From assembly GCA_050116235.1 (NCBI GenBank), contig JASFPB010000001.1:1-31305 (forward strand): a DNA stretch of 31,305 bases, in the 5' to 3' direction. The position numbers and the translations under genes were made by a program. This DNA is from Chromatiales bacterium. Its GTDB lineage: Bacteria; Pseudomonadota; Gammaproteobacteria; Chromatiales; Chromatiaceae. Positions 1 to 10,300 of the stretch are shown piece after piece (within the stretch, counting starts at the first letter, position 1; every line of letters begins with the position of its first letter). The notes below the pieces were generated by a model. The model did no database searches, was not told the DNA's origin, and saw only the letters and a list, made by a program, of their open reading frames with translations.

Positions 1-413
1 AGAATCCTGAAGGTCGAGACTGTGCGGACTGCCAGGCGGGGTGGCTCGTTCGGCTTGACGAGCTGATCGAACTCTTCCGGTGGGGAGAATTCCGAACTCG
101 TCTGATCTGCTGTCTGCAGGTCGACTGGCCCTTTCATTGCTTCGTTGACAGTCGGTTTGACCACCTCGTCAGTATTGCCGCCACCCTCCTGGTTCGCCTG
201 TGCGAGGAAATCGGCGTCCTCGGGCGCATCCACAAGTGTCTTCGGGGCTACGACAGTGATTTCCAGGGAGTGGTCGATATTCGTCGGCGACGAGGGGAGT
301 ATGTCGAAATTGAAAGTCAGTATCACGAGCCCGTGCACCAGTACTGCCACCAGCAGACTGTTCCCGAACATGCCGCTCAGAACAGAGTCGTTGTTGGTGA
401 CTGTAGGAATCAT
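1..413 (-). CDS. Energy transducer TonB family protein, N-terminal part (runs off the left edge)
   Basis: Not in the ORF track because it has no stop in the window. Hand translation from ATG at 413: MIPTVTNNDSVLSGMFGNSLLVAVLVHGLVILTF...LEITVV...DADFLAQANQEGGGNT. It has an N-terminal TM helix with His and the 'A.FLAQANQ.GGG' motif typical of the TonB-like gene linked to gshB in gammaproteobacteria. The ATG directly follows the apbE stop (TAGATG). Confidence 0.75.
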   Translation of the reverse strand, partial: MIPTVTNNDSVLSGMFGNSLLVAVLVHGLVILTFNFDILPSSPTNIDHSLEITVVAPKTLVDAPEDADFLAQANQEGGGNTDEVVKPTVNEAMKGPVDLQTADQTSSEFSPPEEFDQLVKPNEPPRLAVRTVSTFRI

Positions 414-1457
414 CTAGAGAGCGATAGGTTTGTACTGTATATCGTGATCGACAAAAGTGATTCTCTCGAGCAGGCTCTCGCTGATATGTATCACACCATG
501 AGCATCCGTAATGACGATGTCGTCAATGCCGAGGAGCCTCGCTGTCGAGGACCAGCGCTCGGGCCCCGAGCCGAAAAGTGCGTGTGCCGCAACGCTTGCA
601 TGTACGGCGTCCGGATGGACAACGGTCACGGACCTCGTATGGGTTACGAGCTGTCCGGTGTCTGGATCGATCACCGGATAACCCGTGTAGCTGCTGCCGG
701 TCGACTGGGGCTTGAACTGCGACAGGGTCATGATCGCTTCGTTGACGATATCCAGGGTTCCAAGGATACCGTCTGCATCGCCGCGTGGTATCGCAGCATG
801 CCAGGGTTGTCCGGAACGGGAACCGAGCGTCCGAATATCCGCTCCGATCTTGATGGAGCCGTTCGAGATGTTGGCGTCTCGTAGCAGCTGGGCACAGATT
901 TCCAGTGCATAGCCCTTTTTCATCAGGCCGAAATCGAGACTCGCATGGGGGTTGTGGCTGCGCAGGCGATAACCGCTGATTTCGATATCCAGTGCGGAAG
1001 GCATGTCATCGATGACCTCGGCGTTTTCAAGGAAGGAGACTTTCTGGTTTGCCTCGGATTCCCTGGTTGGGGTCGCGGGCTTGTATTGCCGGGTAAGCTT
1101 TGCGACAGCCGGATCATAGAGCCCTTGCGTCATTTCGGCATATTGCTGTCCGAGTCTGATCAGCGGAATCAGGGAAGGCGGGGCCGAGAATTCCTGCATG
1201 GAGGAGAGCAGAAGGTTGGTGCGCGCAAGCGGCCCGGGGATGGAGGGATTCCATGAATCCTGCATGTATTCGATGTCCTTTCGCAGCTGAGAGAAGATTG
1301 CTTCTGCCTTGGCTGGCGAAGTCCCCGGAAGTGAGATCACTACGGTGTCGCCAAATCCCGGAAAGCTGACTGCCGAAACAGGGGTATTCCTGGAGCAGGC
1401 GCCCAGGCCGAGAGTCATTGCCAGCAGGGTGGTCAGGACGATGAGTTTACGGTACAT
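414..1457 (-). CDS. apbE: ApbE/Ftp (FAD:protein FMN transferase) family lipoprotein, divergent at catalytic motifs
   Basis: Lipobox LGAC (Cys21). Family landmarks include GLYDPAV, LDFGLMKKGYA, IGADIRTLG, IDPDTG and SVTVV. Several catalytic motifs are altered (see findings). Confidence 0.85.
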   Translation of the reverse strand: MYRKLIVLTTLLAMTLGLGACSRNTPVSAVSFPGFGDTVVISLPGTSPAKAEAIFSQLRKDIEYMQDSWNPSIPGPLARTNLLLSSMQEFSAPPSLIPLIRLGQQYAEMTQGLYDPAVAKLTRQYKPATPTRESEANQKVSFLENAEVIDDMPSALDIEISGYRLRSHNPHASLDFGLMKKGYALEICAQLLRDANISNGSIKIGADIRTLGSRSGQPWHAAIPRGDADGILGTLDIVNEAIMTLSQFKPQSTGSSYTGYPVIDPDTGQLVTHTRSVTVVHPDAVHASVAAHALFGSGPERWSSTARLLGIDDIVITDAHGVIHISESLLERITFVDHDIQYKPIAL

Positions 1458-2395
1458 CTCTGCTCTATAACGTCGAATAGATCCGAACTGATGTTCAACC
1501 CGAATTGCGCGTCGAGCTCGCGGATACAGGTTGGACTCGTGATGTTGATTTCTGTCAGATAGTCTCCTATCACATCGAGGCCGGCAAACAGCACGCCATT
1601 GTCCCTGAGCCAGCTTCCGAGCTCGTTCGCGATCCAGTAATCGCGTTCGGAGAGGGGTTGTCCGACGCCGCTTCCGCCGGCAGCAAGGTTACCACGGAAT
1701 TCCCCTGCACGTGGAATCCTGGCCAGTGAGTAGGGGATCGGGTTTCCATTCACCATCAGGATGCGTTTGTCACCGGCGGAAATTTCCGGGATGAAGTGTT
1801 GTGCCATCACATAGCGTTTTCCATGACCAGTGACTGTTTCGAGTATGACATTGAGATTCTTGTCATCTGCCTTGACACTGAAGATGGATTCGCCACCCAT
1901 GCTGTCGACCGGTTTGACGACAGCATGTCCGGCATCAATGATGAAGTCGCGCAAGCGTGCGATGTCACGCGCAACGAGCATTGGAACACAGCACTGCGGA
2001 AAGAGCGTGGTTGCCATCTTCTCGTTGAAATCACGCAACGCGCGCGGCGGGTTGACGACCATCGCCCCGGCACGGGAGGCTGCATCGAGAAGATAGGTCA
2101 CCATGATGTAGGTAAGATCGAACGGGGGATCCTTGCGCATCAGTACGACATCGAGCTCACCGAGTGGTGCAACGCGCTCTCCTGAGAATTCGTACCAGTC
2201 ATCGGTGTCGTCATTCACCCGGAGCTTGCGCTGGTGTCCCCATGCCACGTCCGAAACCATCCAGAGATCCGGGGGTTCCATGTACCAGAGATCGTATCCC
2301 CGTCGCTGGGCTTCCAGCATCATTGCAAAGGTACTGTCCTTGACGGGTTTGATTGTTTCGATAGGGTCCATGATGACCCCGAGGGTTAGCTTCAT
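1433..2395 (-). CDS. gshB: Glutathione synthetase
   Basis: MKLTLGVIMDPI..IKPVKDSTFAM, DVVLMRKDPPFD, NEKM, GNLAAGG and EINITSPTC are GshB motifs. Start set at ATG 2395 by homology (the track ORF extends to 2455). Confidence 0.97.
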   Translation of the reverse strand: MKLTLGVIMDPIETIKPVKDSTFAMMLEAQRRGYDLWYMEPPDLWMVSDVAWGHQRKLRVNDDTDDWYEFSGERVAPLGELDVVLMRKDPPFDLTYIMVTYLLDAASRAGAMVVNPPRALRDFNEKMATTLFPQCCVPMLVARDIARLRDFIIDAGHAVVKPVDSMGGESIFSVKADDKNLNVILETVTGHGKRYVMAQHFIPEISAGDKRILMVNGNPIPYSLARIPRAGEFRGNLAAGGSGVGQPLSERDYWIANELGSWLRDNGVLFAGLDVIGDYLTEINITSPTCIRELDAQFGLNISSDLFDVIEQRCTVNSSS

Positions 2396-2671
2396 GCGCC
2401 ACCGCTGGTATTTCGGGCTAAAGCGGTTTGTACCTGCAGGGTCGCTGATCGTCAAGGGGGTATCTCAGCCACTCCAGCCGAAAATTACCGACAATGTACC
2501 GCAGGAGATAAAATACGGATTCGCTATTGCCATTGGCGTGATCAAGTGCTAGATTCTCATTTATAACAATAAGTTCCAATGACTTTCTCAAAGTCGTTAT
2601 GGATTCAAAATCTCTGCTTGGTTAGCTGGACGGCACAGGATTGCCATAACAATAATCGACCAACGGGCGAG

Positions 2672-3028
2672 ATGCGGAGATTGAGTAAATACATATCCCT
2701 AAAGCTGTTTCTCTCAGTCATACCAGCGTTTGCGGTGCCTGTTGTTGCTGCAGATGACACGGACTATTTGTCTGAAATTTCTGCAGAAGTCGACAAGGTT
2801 GATGCTGTGACCGAATACATTGCCGAGCAGTCAGGCAACAGTGATTCGCAAGCCTACCTTGAGAACAAGAATGGATTTGAAAAGTTGCTCGAGGAGAGCT
2901 ATCACGGCAGCTACGTCTTCTACAAAAAACTGCCGGAACGCGCCCAGCTCGAGATCTTTGACGATTACAGACAGGGGCAGGAGATGTCCACGCTCAGGGA
3001 AAAAATCATTGAGCGCTACATGCAGTGA
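2672..3028 (+). CDS. Small secreted helical protein, possibly SoxK/SaxB-like
   Basis: From ATG 2672 there is a signal peptide (MRRLSKYISLKLFLSVIPAFAVPVVA-ADD) and a mature part of about 90 aa without Cys, containing FEKLLEESYHGSYVFYKKL. It lies directly upstream of a SoxL-like rhodanese. The start codon is uncertain and the family assignment is tentative. Confidence 0.6.
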   Translation: MRRLSKYISLKLFLSVIPAFAVPVVAADDTDYLSEISAEVDKVDAVTEYIAEQSGNSDSQAYLENKNGFEKLLEESYHGSYVFYKKLPERAQLEIFDDYRQGQEMSTLREKIIERYMQ

Positions 3029-3107
3029 TGTGCATGTCGATCAATCATCCAGCAGTTCCGGAACATTTCCCGCTGCTGACTAGTAACAGATTGGGGGAGT
3101 CAACCAA

Positions 3108-3827
3108 ATGACAGCAAAGCCAAAGCGCAATCTCTTCGCGGTTGTGTTCATCATTGCTGCAGCGACACTGTTTCTGGCTTCGGCCGCACCGGCTGATGTC
3201 CTGCTCTACGATGGAAAGCCGTACTTGCACGTAATTCACGAAGGCCGGTCAATCAAGATCCAGCGGATTCAGGATCCCGGTTATGAGCTGAAAGGCTATT
3301 TTGCAAAAACGGCACGCAAGTGTCCGCCGTTCTGCATTCAACCGATCGCCGTGGATCCCGCCGTCAGAACGATTGGCGAGATCGAGCTGTTTCACTTCAT
3401 GGAGAACGACCTCAGGGAAGGTAGAGGGGTTCTTATCGATGCCCGCACACCGTCGTGGCACAAGAAAGGCACCATCCCGGGCTCGGTGAACTATCCATTC
3501 ACACTCTTTACGCAGGATGAAAATGCGGATGAACGCGACGCCTTGTTTCGGGAATTCGGCGCAAAACCGCGACAGCAGCCCGGCCTGATCGAGAAAACCA
3601 TGCAGGGACTCGGATTATCCGACAAGCAGTACCTGACAGATCGCTGGGATTTCACCGGGGCCAGAACACTGGTTCTCTGGTGCAACGGACCGGCATGCGG
3701 TCAAAGCCCGAGGGCGATAGAAGGCCTGATCAGCGCGGGATATCCGGCCGACAAGATTTTCTACTACAGGGGTGGAATGCAGATGTGGCAGTTGTGGGGG
3801 CTGACGACAGTCGTCCCTGAATCATGA
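3108..3827 (+). CDS. Periplasmic rhodanese-domain sulfurtransferase (SoxL-like)
   Basis: Signal peptide, C72-PPF-C76, LIDART, GTIPGSVN, active-loop C192-NGPA-C197-GQS and YYRGGMQMW rhodanese signature. Confidence 0.85.
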   Translation: MTAKPKRNLFAVVFIIAAATLFLASAAPADVLLYDGKPYLHVIHEGRSIKIQRIQDPGYELKGYFAKTARKCPPFCIQPIAVDPAVRTIGEIELFHFMENDLREGRGVLIDARTPSWHKKGTIPGSVNYPFTLFTQDENADERDALFREFGAKPRQQPGLIEKTMQGLGLSDKQYLTDRWDFTGARTLVLWCNGPACGQSPRAIEGLISAGYPADKIFYYRGGMQMWQLWGLTTVVPES

Positions 3828-3868
3828 TGTTGGCCTGATCCCTGACTCACACAGCCCGGTATAGACAA

Positions 3869-4294
3869 ATGAGCAATACAGCGATAGAGAACAATAACGA
3901 CGGCCTCAAGGGTACCAAGGTCATGGTCGTCGACGACAGCAAAACCATACGTCACACGGCGGAAGCCATGCTTGCGAAGGCGGGCTGCGATGTCGTCACA
4001 GTGAGCAATGGTTTCGAGGCACTCTCAGCTGTCGTCGAGCACAAACCTGACCTTATCTTCATGGATGTCATGATGCCGAGGCTCGACGGATACAAGGCCT
4101 GTGTCCTCATCAAACACAACGAAGAATTCAGGGATACACCGGTCGTCATGCTCTCCAGCAAGGACGGGTTGTTTGACAAGGCCCGCGGGCGCATTGTGGG
4201 TTCGGAATGCTACCTGACCAAGCCATTCACACGGGACGAACTACTGGAAGCGGTGAGCATGCATCGACCTGAAGCTTCGGCTGCAAAGTCCTGA
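3869..4294 (+). CDS. pilG: Twitching motility response regulator PilG
   Basis: KVMVVDDSKTIR, DVMMPRLDGY, MLSSKDGLFDKARGRIVGS and YLTKPF match PilG; first gene of the Pil-Chp cluster. Confidence 0.93.
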   Translation: MSNTAIENNNDGLKGTKVMVVDDSKTIRHTAEAMLAKAGCDVVTVSNGFEALSAVVEHKPDLIFMDVMMPRLDGYKACVLIKHNEEFRDTPVVMLSSKDGLFDKARGRIVGSECYLTKPFTRDELLEAVSMHRPEASAAKS

Positions 4295-4328
4295 AAAGAG
4301 ACAGATTCCAGGTATTACAGGGTAACTC

Positions 4329-4703
4329 ATGGCAACAATACTCATCGTAGAGGACTCCCAGACGGAGCGTCAGGTTCTTCGGAAAATGCTTGAAAATGGC
4401 GGACATCTCGTCATTGCGGCGACGGATGGTCTCGAGGGAATTGCTATGGCAAGGCAAAATAAACCTGATCTCATCCTCATGGATGTTGTCATGCCGGGGC
4501 AGAACGGCTTCCAGACAACCAGGCAACTCAGCCGTGATCCAAGGACACAGCAAATTCCGATAATCATCGTCACGACAAAAGATCAGGAAACCGACAGGGT
4601 TTGGGCAAAAAGGCAGGGTGCAAGCGATTACCTGGTCAAGCCGGTATCCGAGAAGCAGCTGTTGCCGATAATCAACAGCCTGCTCAAGCAGCGTGTCTCA
4701 TGA
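4329..4703 (+). CDS. pilH: Twitching motility response regulator PilH
   Basis: ILIVEDSQTE, DVVMPGQNGFQTTRQL and TTKDQETDRVWAKRQGASDYLVKP match PilH. Confidence 0.93.
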   Translation: MATILIVEDSQTERQVLRKMLENGGHLVIAATDGLEGIAMARQNKPDLILMDVVMPGQNGFQTTRQLSRDPRTQQIPIIIVTTKDQETDRVWAKRQGASDYLVKPVSEKQLLPIINSLLKQRVS

Positions 4704-5245
4704 ACGAGGAAGCGCAGACGGATCCTTACGCTCTGTTGCTGGCACTGGATGCGAAGGCACGCGACAACCAGCTCGTCAGCGATGCTGCAGATGAGTACAG
4801 ACAGACAAACTCATACCTCTCTTTCTCGGTTTGCAGCAAGGGAGTATTGCTGCCAATTGGCGAGATTATCGAACTGGTCTCCACTCCGTCCATCGTCGAG
4901 ATACCCATCATGCAACCCTGGATGCGCGGGATTGCGAACATACGAGGCTCACTGCTGCCACTGACAGATCTTGAGGGTTTTTTCTGCGAAAAGCGCCAGA
5001 GTCTGGGCGCAAATTCCCGTGTGCTCATCATCGAGAAAGGTAGCAGCCGTTATGGTCTGCTCGTTCCCGAGGTCTATGGAATCAAGGAAATCGCGCCGGA
5101 GAAACTACGGGAGATTCAACCGGATGCCGGCAACCCGCTATCAGGCTTTTGCACACTTCATGCCAGCTCAGGCGGGAAAGAGTGGTACCTCCTTGACTTT
5201 GACAGTCTCATCGGTGACGAGCGATTCATGGAAGTCGCGGCTTGA
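4700..5245 (+). CDS. pilI: CheW-like adaptor PilI
   Basis: PWMRGIANIRGSLLPLTDL CheW motif; ATG at 4700 overlaps the pilH stop (ATGA); position in the operon. Confidence 0.88.
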   Translation: MNEEAQTDPYALLLALDAKARDNQLVSDAADEYRQTNSYLSFSVCSKGVLLPIGEIIELVSTPSIVEIPIMQPWMRGIANIRGSLLPLTDLEGFFCEKRQSLGANSRVLIIEKGSSRYGLLVPEVYGIKEIAPEKLREIQPDAGNPLSGFCTLHASSGGKEWYLLDFDSLIGDERFMEVAA

Positions 5246-5294
5246 ATGAATATCAATGCAAACAAACAACAATAGTTATCCAGGCAGAAAATAG

Positions 5295-7319
5295 ATGAAA
5301 AAACAACTGGACTCAGGAAAAGCGATACCCGCTGTGACAACGGTGCTGGTGATTGTTCTCCTGCTGACAATTTTTGCGATTTACTACATCTTCATAACGG
5401 GCAAGCAGAACGAGGAAATCCTTCTGGAGGTAAACGAACAGCGCGCGCTTTCAGAGCAGACTGCGAAGTATGTCCTCTCTGCTGCAAATGGCGATGTGGA
5501 TTCCTTTGAAAGTATCAATGAGTCGAGATCGCGCTTCGACGAATCAATCAGAGAGCTGAAGAATCTCTCCCCCGAGAGCATGCAAATCCCGGTGAGGGAG
5601 CATGAAAATCTCTGGCTCGAGATGCGCGAAGCCGCAGATACTGTCGAAGCCAACAAAGACCAGATTTCGCAGCTAAGCGAGTTGATCAGTGTTGCGATAT
5701 CCAAGATCCCTGGCCTGCAAAGCAGGCTTGGCAACATTACACGTCTGCTGATGTCGAATGCCGAGAGCGAGTCCTCCAGTATCGGTCTCATAACCCGGCA
5801 GCTTCAGGTACTCGAGCGCATGGGGCGGAGTCTCGATAATATCTTCCAGGGTGGGGCAAGATCTGCCGAGGCCATCGACACATTCGGCAGGGATACCCGA
5901 AGGTTTCAGGCCATCCTGGATGCGATGGTCGACGGCAATGAAGAACTCGGGGTGAAGAAGATCGAGAACCCTGAAGCCCGGGAGGAACTGAAGACACTGG
6001 CGACGAGCTATGTCGCCTTTCGCGATATCGCCAACAACATCTTCGGCCTTGTCCCGGATCTTCTCTCTGCACTCGAGGCCGCGCAAAACATTACGGATAT
6101 CTCGACGCGTCTCAACGACTCCTCGGTCTCGCTGATCACCCGGTATCTGGATGTGCCTGGCAGACCCATGTTCGCAGGTGTTCGAGTGGGGCCATGGCTC
6201 GTCTATCTCCTTGGCGGACTGGCGGTATTGATCGCGTTGCTGCTTGGATACCTGCTTGTCAACGATGCGAGGAACCGGGAAAGGGAAACCGGTGAACAGA
6301 ATACACAGAACGAGGAAGCGATACTGCGGCTGCTCGACGAGATGGCGGACCTTGCCGATGGTGACCTGACAGTCAAGGCAACTGTGACCGAGAATATAAC
6401 AGGCGCTATCGCCGACTCGATCAATTTCACGATTGAGGAACTACGCCAGCTGGTATCGACGATCGATTCCTCCTCAAAGCAGATCAGTATCTCCACAAAA
6501 AATACGCAAAATGTTGCACAGAGACTGACAGACGCGAGTAAGTATCAGGCAAACCAGATACTTGCTGTTACGCAGAAAACCGAAGAAGTACGCAAGGCGA
6601 TGGACGAAATGTCCAACCATGCGCAGGACTCGGCCGAAGTAGCAACCAAATCCCGTGCTATTGCCGGTGAGGGTGGCACAGTCGTGCGGCGCACCATCAA
6701 CGCCATGGACCAGGCACGTTCGCATATTCAGGATACCGGCAAGCGGATCAAGCGCCTCGGCGAGAGTTCACAGCAAATCGGCGAGATTGTCGAACTTATC
6801 GAGGACATCGCAGACCAGACAAACCTGCTGGCACTCAATGCCGCGATGCAGGCAGCAAATGCCGGTGAGGCAGGCAAGGGGTTTGCAGTTGTCGCCGATG
6901 AAGTACAACGACTGGCCGAACGATCTGTTGATGCATCCCGCCAGATCGAGGCGCTCGTCAAGACTATCCAGGTCGATACCAAGGATGCTGTTTCATCAAT
7001 GGAAGTCAGCACCTCTTCGGTTGTAGATGGCGCGAAACTCGCCGAGGAAGCTGGTACCTCGCTGCTACAGATTGAAGAAGTCTCCGACTACATTGCTGAT
7101 CTTACGCGACGTATGTCCCAGACGGCGCAATCACAGTCGGCTTCGGTAACCGATGTAGACAGTACAATGAAGAGCATCAGGGAGATCACAGAACAGACCT
7201 CCCAGGGTGTGGTCAGGGTAACCGCATCCATCATGAGTCTCTCGAATCTTGCAGACCGGCTGCAACAGACAGTTTCCGGGTTCCGGCTTCCGGAAACGGT
7301 TCAGGACGAAAATCCCTGA
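5295..7319 (+). CDS. pilJ: Methyl-accepting chemotaxis protein PilJ
   Basis: Two TM helices flanking a periplasmic domain, HAMP-like [25 protein letters not shown], and signalling hairpin [40 protein letters not shown]. Confidence 0.93.
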   Translation: MKKQLDSGKAIPAVTTVLVIVLLLTIFAIYYIFITGKQNEEILLEVNEQRALSEQTAKYVLSAANGDVDSFESINESRSRFDESIRELKNLSPESMQIPVREHENLWLEMREAADTVEANKDQISQLSELISVAISKIPGLQSRLGNITRLLMSNAESESSSIGLITRQLQVLERMGRSLDNIFQGGARSAEAIDTFGRDTRRFQAILDAMVDGNEELGVKKIENPEAREELKTLATSYVAFRDIANNIFGLVPDLLSALEAAQNITDISTRLNDSSVSLITRYLDVPGRPMFAGVRVGPWLVYLLGGLAVLIALLLGYLLVNDARNRERETGEQNTQNEEAILRLLDEMADLADGDLTVKATVTENITGAIADSINFTIEELRQLVSTIDSSSKQISISTKNTQNVAQRLTDASKYQANQILAVTQKTEEVRKAMDEMSNHAQDSAEVATKSRAIAGEGGTVVRRTINAMDQARSHIQDTGKRIKRLGESSQQIGEIVELIEDIADQTNLLALNAAMQAANAGEAGKGFAVVADEVQRLAERSVDASRQIEALVKTIQVDTKDAVSSMEVSTSSVVDGAKLAEEAGTSLLQIEEVSDYIADLTRRMSQTAQSQSASVTDVDSTMKSIREITEQTSQGVVRVTASIMSLSNLADRLQQTVSGFRLPETVQDENP

Positions 7320-7342
7320 GGCACTGAAAACGGGTTAATGCA

Positions 7343-10300
7343 ATGAAGAGCGAAAGCACTATCACCAGCGGCTACAACGAGATCACTCTCGGCTGGGTCA
7401 GCCATGAAATCAATAACAGCCTCGTACAGGCGAAGCAGTACCTTGAGGCCTATCAGGAGCATGGCGATACCGACGACCTCGAGGCCTGCTGGAGCCAGAT
7501 GCACCATCTGCGCAACACCCTGGTCGTTATCAATCTGCATGGCGCCTCGATGCTCACCGATGAACTCGAGGCAGTGCTCAAGTTTCTGCTGAAACGGGAT
7601 GTTGATGGTAACGAGGAAGATATCCTTCAGGCGATATTTGGTGGAATTCTCTCCTTGCAGGATTATCTAGAGCGCATCGAGAAAGGCGCACCGGACGTAC
7701 CGGTCATTCTTTTACCCGTACTTAATGAATTGCGTGCTTCCCGTCAAAAACATCTGCTCTCCGAATCAGCGTTCTTTTCTCCTCGGCTCAAGGAGATCAT
7801 CGACAACGAACTCGCTGAGCCCTTCGAGGATAGTGGTGAACTGCGGCGCTACCTCGTAGGAAACAGGGCCGCCTTTCATCGCAGTTTGCTGAAATGGTTT
7901 CAGAACAGCGATGCGAGTAGCGGATTGTTGGTGATACGCGAGATCCTCGAGGGTGCGGCACAACGTGCAAGCCGACCGGTATCGCGACTCTTTACGCTGG
8001 GTGCGCATCTGGCAGGTCTTGTCTCGAACAACCCTGATGAGAGCAGCATTGCTACAAAGCTCATTGTCGGACACATCGATGCCATCTTCCGCACTGTCAT
8101 TACTTCCGGCGAATCGGGATTGAGAGACAACTATCCCGTCGAGCGCTTGCGTAACATGCTGTTTTACGTGGGGCAGTCAGAATCAAGCAGTAGCGACATT
8201 CTCAAGCTGAAAGAGGAATACAGTCTGGATTCGGAACTGGCCGGCAAGCAAAGCCATATTCCTTCACCAGCAACTGTCGAGGCTGTCAGTGGAGCCCTGA
8301 CAAGCGATATCACCGAGCTGAAAGATGCGCTTGATATCTATAACCGCAGTCTGGTCAAGGACAACAGTCTCCTTCAGACCATCGTGCCCCGTCTTCGCCA
8401 GGTGGCAGATACAGTCGGGATGCTCGGATTGGGCAATCAGCGACAACTGCTGCTTGAGCATGCAAACGTCTTCAATGGTTGCCTTACCAAGAATTCGGTA
8501 ATTGAAAACGAGTTTCTTGAAAAACTCGCCAATGATCTTCTGGGTGTTGAATCTGTCCTGCCGGATCTTTTCTATTTCAAGCCTGCAAAAGCAGGTTCAG
8601 ATCCTTCTCAGCTGGTATCCGATGCTGATTTACAGCAGTACACCACGGAAACCATGTCCGAATCCCTGACAGAAGTAGCCAAGGTCAAGGATCTCATTGT
8701 CAAATCGCTTGAGAGTGACGAACCGCAGCCACTCATCGAGGTTCCTCTATTGCTGAGGCGTCTCGCCGGCGTCCTGCGTATTCTGAACCTTCAGCATGTC
8801 GGTGAAATGGTCCTGCAGATTTCTCGCTACATCGAAGGTTATCAGGATGACAATCAGGCACTTCTGGGTGATGAGGAGAGTATCAACAAGCTTGCGGATA
8901 TCGTCTCGGGACTTGAGTACTATCTTGAAGTAGCACCATACCGGTGTCGCCAGGAGCGTGAGATTCTCGAATATCTGACTGCAGAGATCGCAAGGCTCAC
9001 GGTGCCGGAGGAAGTAGAGCGTGACACAACGCCTGAGCATGATGTGGACCTGTCAGCAGGGCAAGAAGTTGAAGAGACAGAGGCTCATGTCGAAAAACCT
9101 GTAACCGGATCAGAGACCAAAACAGCAGTCGAAGAATCAGCAGAACTGCCTGCAGACGAAGTGTCTGAAGAGAGTGTCCCGGAGGTAAGGCAACCCGCTG
9201 CGCCCGAGAGCTTCATCGATGATGAGATCCTCGACATCTTCAGGCAGGAAGCACAGGAGCAGCTTGAAATAATTGAAGAATACTATCCGGAATGGAAAAA
9301 GGACCACAATGACGCAGAGTCCCTCCTGACTGTCAGGCGTTCATTCCATACTCTCAAGGGAAGCGGCAGAACCGTCGGGGCGACTCGCATCGCTGAATTT
9401 GCCTGGGAAATCGAGAATCTCCTGAATAATGTTATCGATGGAATCGTTGCCCCGAATCAGCGCGTTCTGGCGTTGCTTGACCGTGCCATTGCCTATCTCC
9501 CCGGACTGCTGGGTGGCACAGCGGCCTCTGATGGCGAACGTGAATACATTGAGCAACAGGCGAGGGAAATCCTCCTCTCTGTCTCGGAAAAGGGCAGAGA
9601 CAAGAGTGAGGTCTCACCGGGTGACAGCGAAAAGGTCGGTGAATACCTCTCCTCTATACGCAATGGCTTCACGGCTTTGGCCGGTTTTCTTCGCCTGATT
9701 CAGAGCTGCACAGCTTCTCCCCGGGACTGCAACGTTGCACTCTTCGATGATTCCATTCGCGATCTGCATACGGCAGCCGAGAATGTGGAAGCAGAAACGC
9801 TTGTCGGCCTTGCATCCTTCGCACAGGAACTGGCCCTCACCGGAGAGAGCGGAGAGTGGTTCAATCAGGCGCTGCTGGAGCATTGCGTCAAATCACAGGC
9901 CGAGCTTGGAAAACTGCTCGATGCAACTGATACCGGAGCAGTCGTCGAAGTACAGGAAATCCAGGGTGCGATCGAAAGCCTTCGTGATGAAGTAGAGGAA
10001 GTCATGACGGATCTCGGGAGGCTGCTGCAGCCCGAGGAAGAGATCGGCAGTGATACTTTTGTTCATGAACCCGAATCCGAGCAGCCGATTTCACCACCAC
10101 ACCTCGAGGAAGAGACTCCGGAGAGGGTGAGTCAGGACAGCGAGCTCCTCTCCACAGACGAAAGCAAAAAGCGCATTGTTGAGACGCAGGAAGAGCATGC
10201 GGGCGACCTTGAAGTCGAGACTGAACTGAGTGGTTCTGGGATTGCCACTGAGCAAACCGAACCGGAAGACGAACTCCTGCCAGTATTCCTGGAAGAGGCA

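Noticed and set aside
270-884. 204-aa plus-strand ORF
   Set aside because: It is antisense to apbE and tonB, both of which have clear motifs.
2520-2650. Sigma54-like TGGC/TGC elements upstream of the secreted protein gene
   Set aside because: The GG-to-GC spacings are 11 and 9 nt, not the required 10.
5246-5275. 9-codon mini-ORF MNINANKQQ between pilI and pilJ
   Set aside because: An ORF this short is expected by chance, and there is no supporting evidence beyond its position after the pilI stop.
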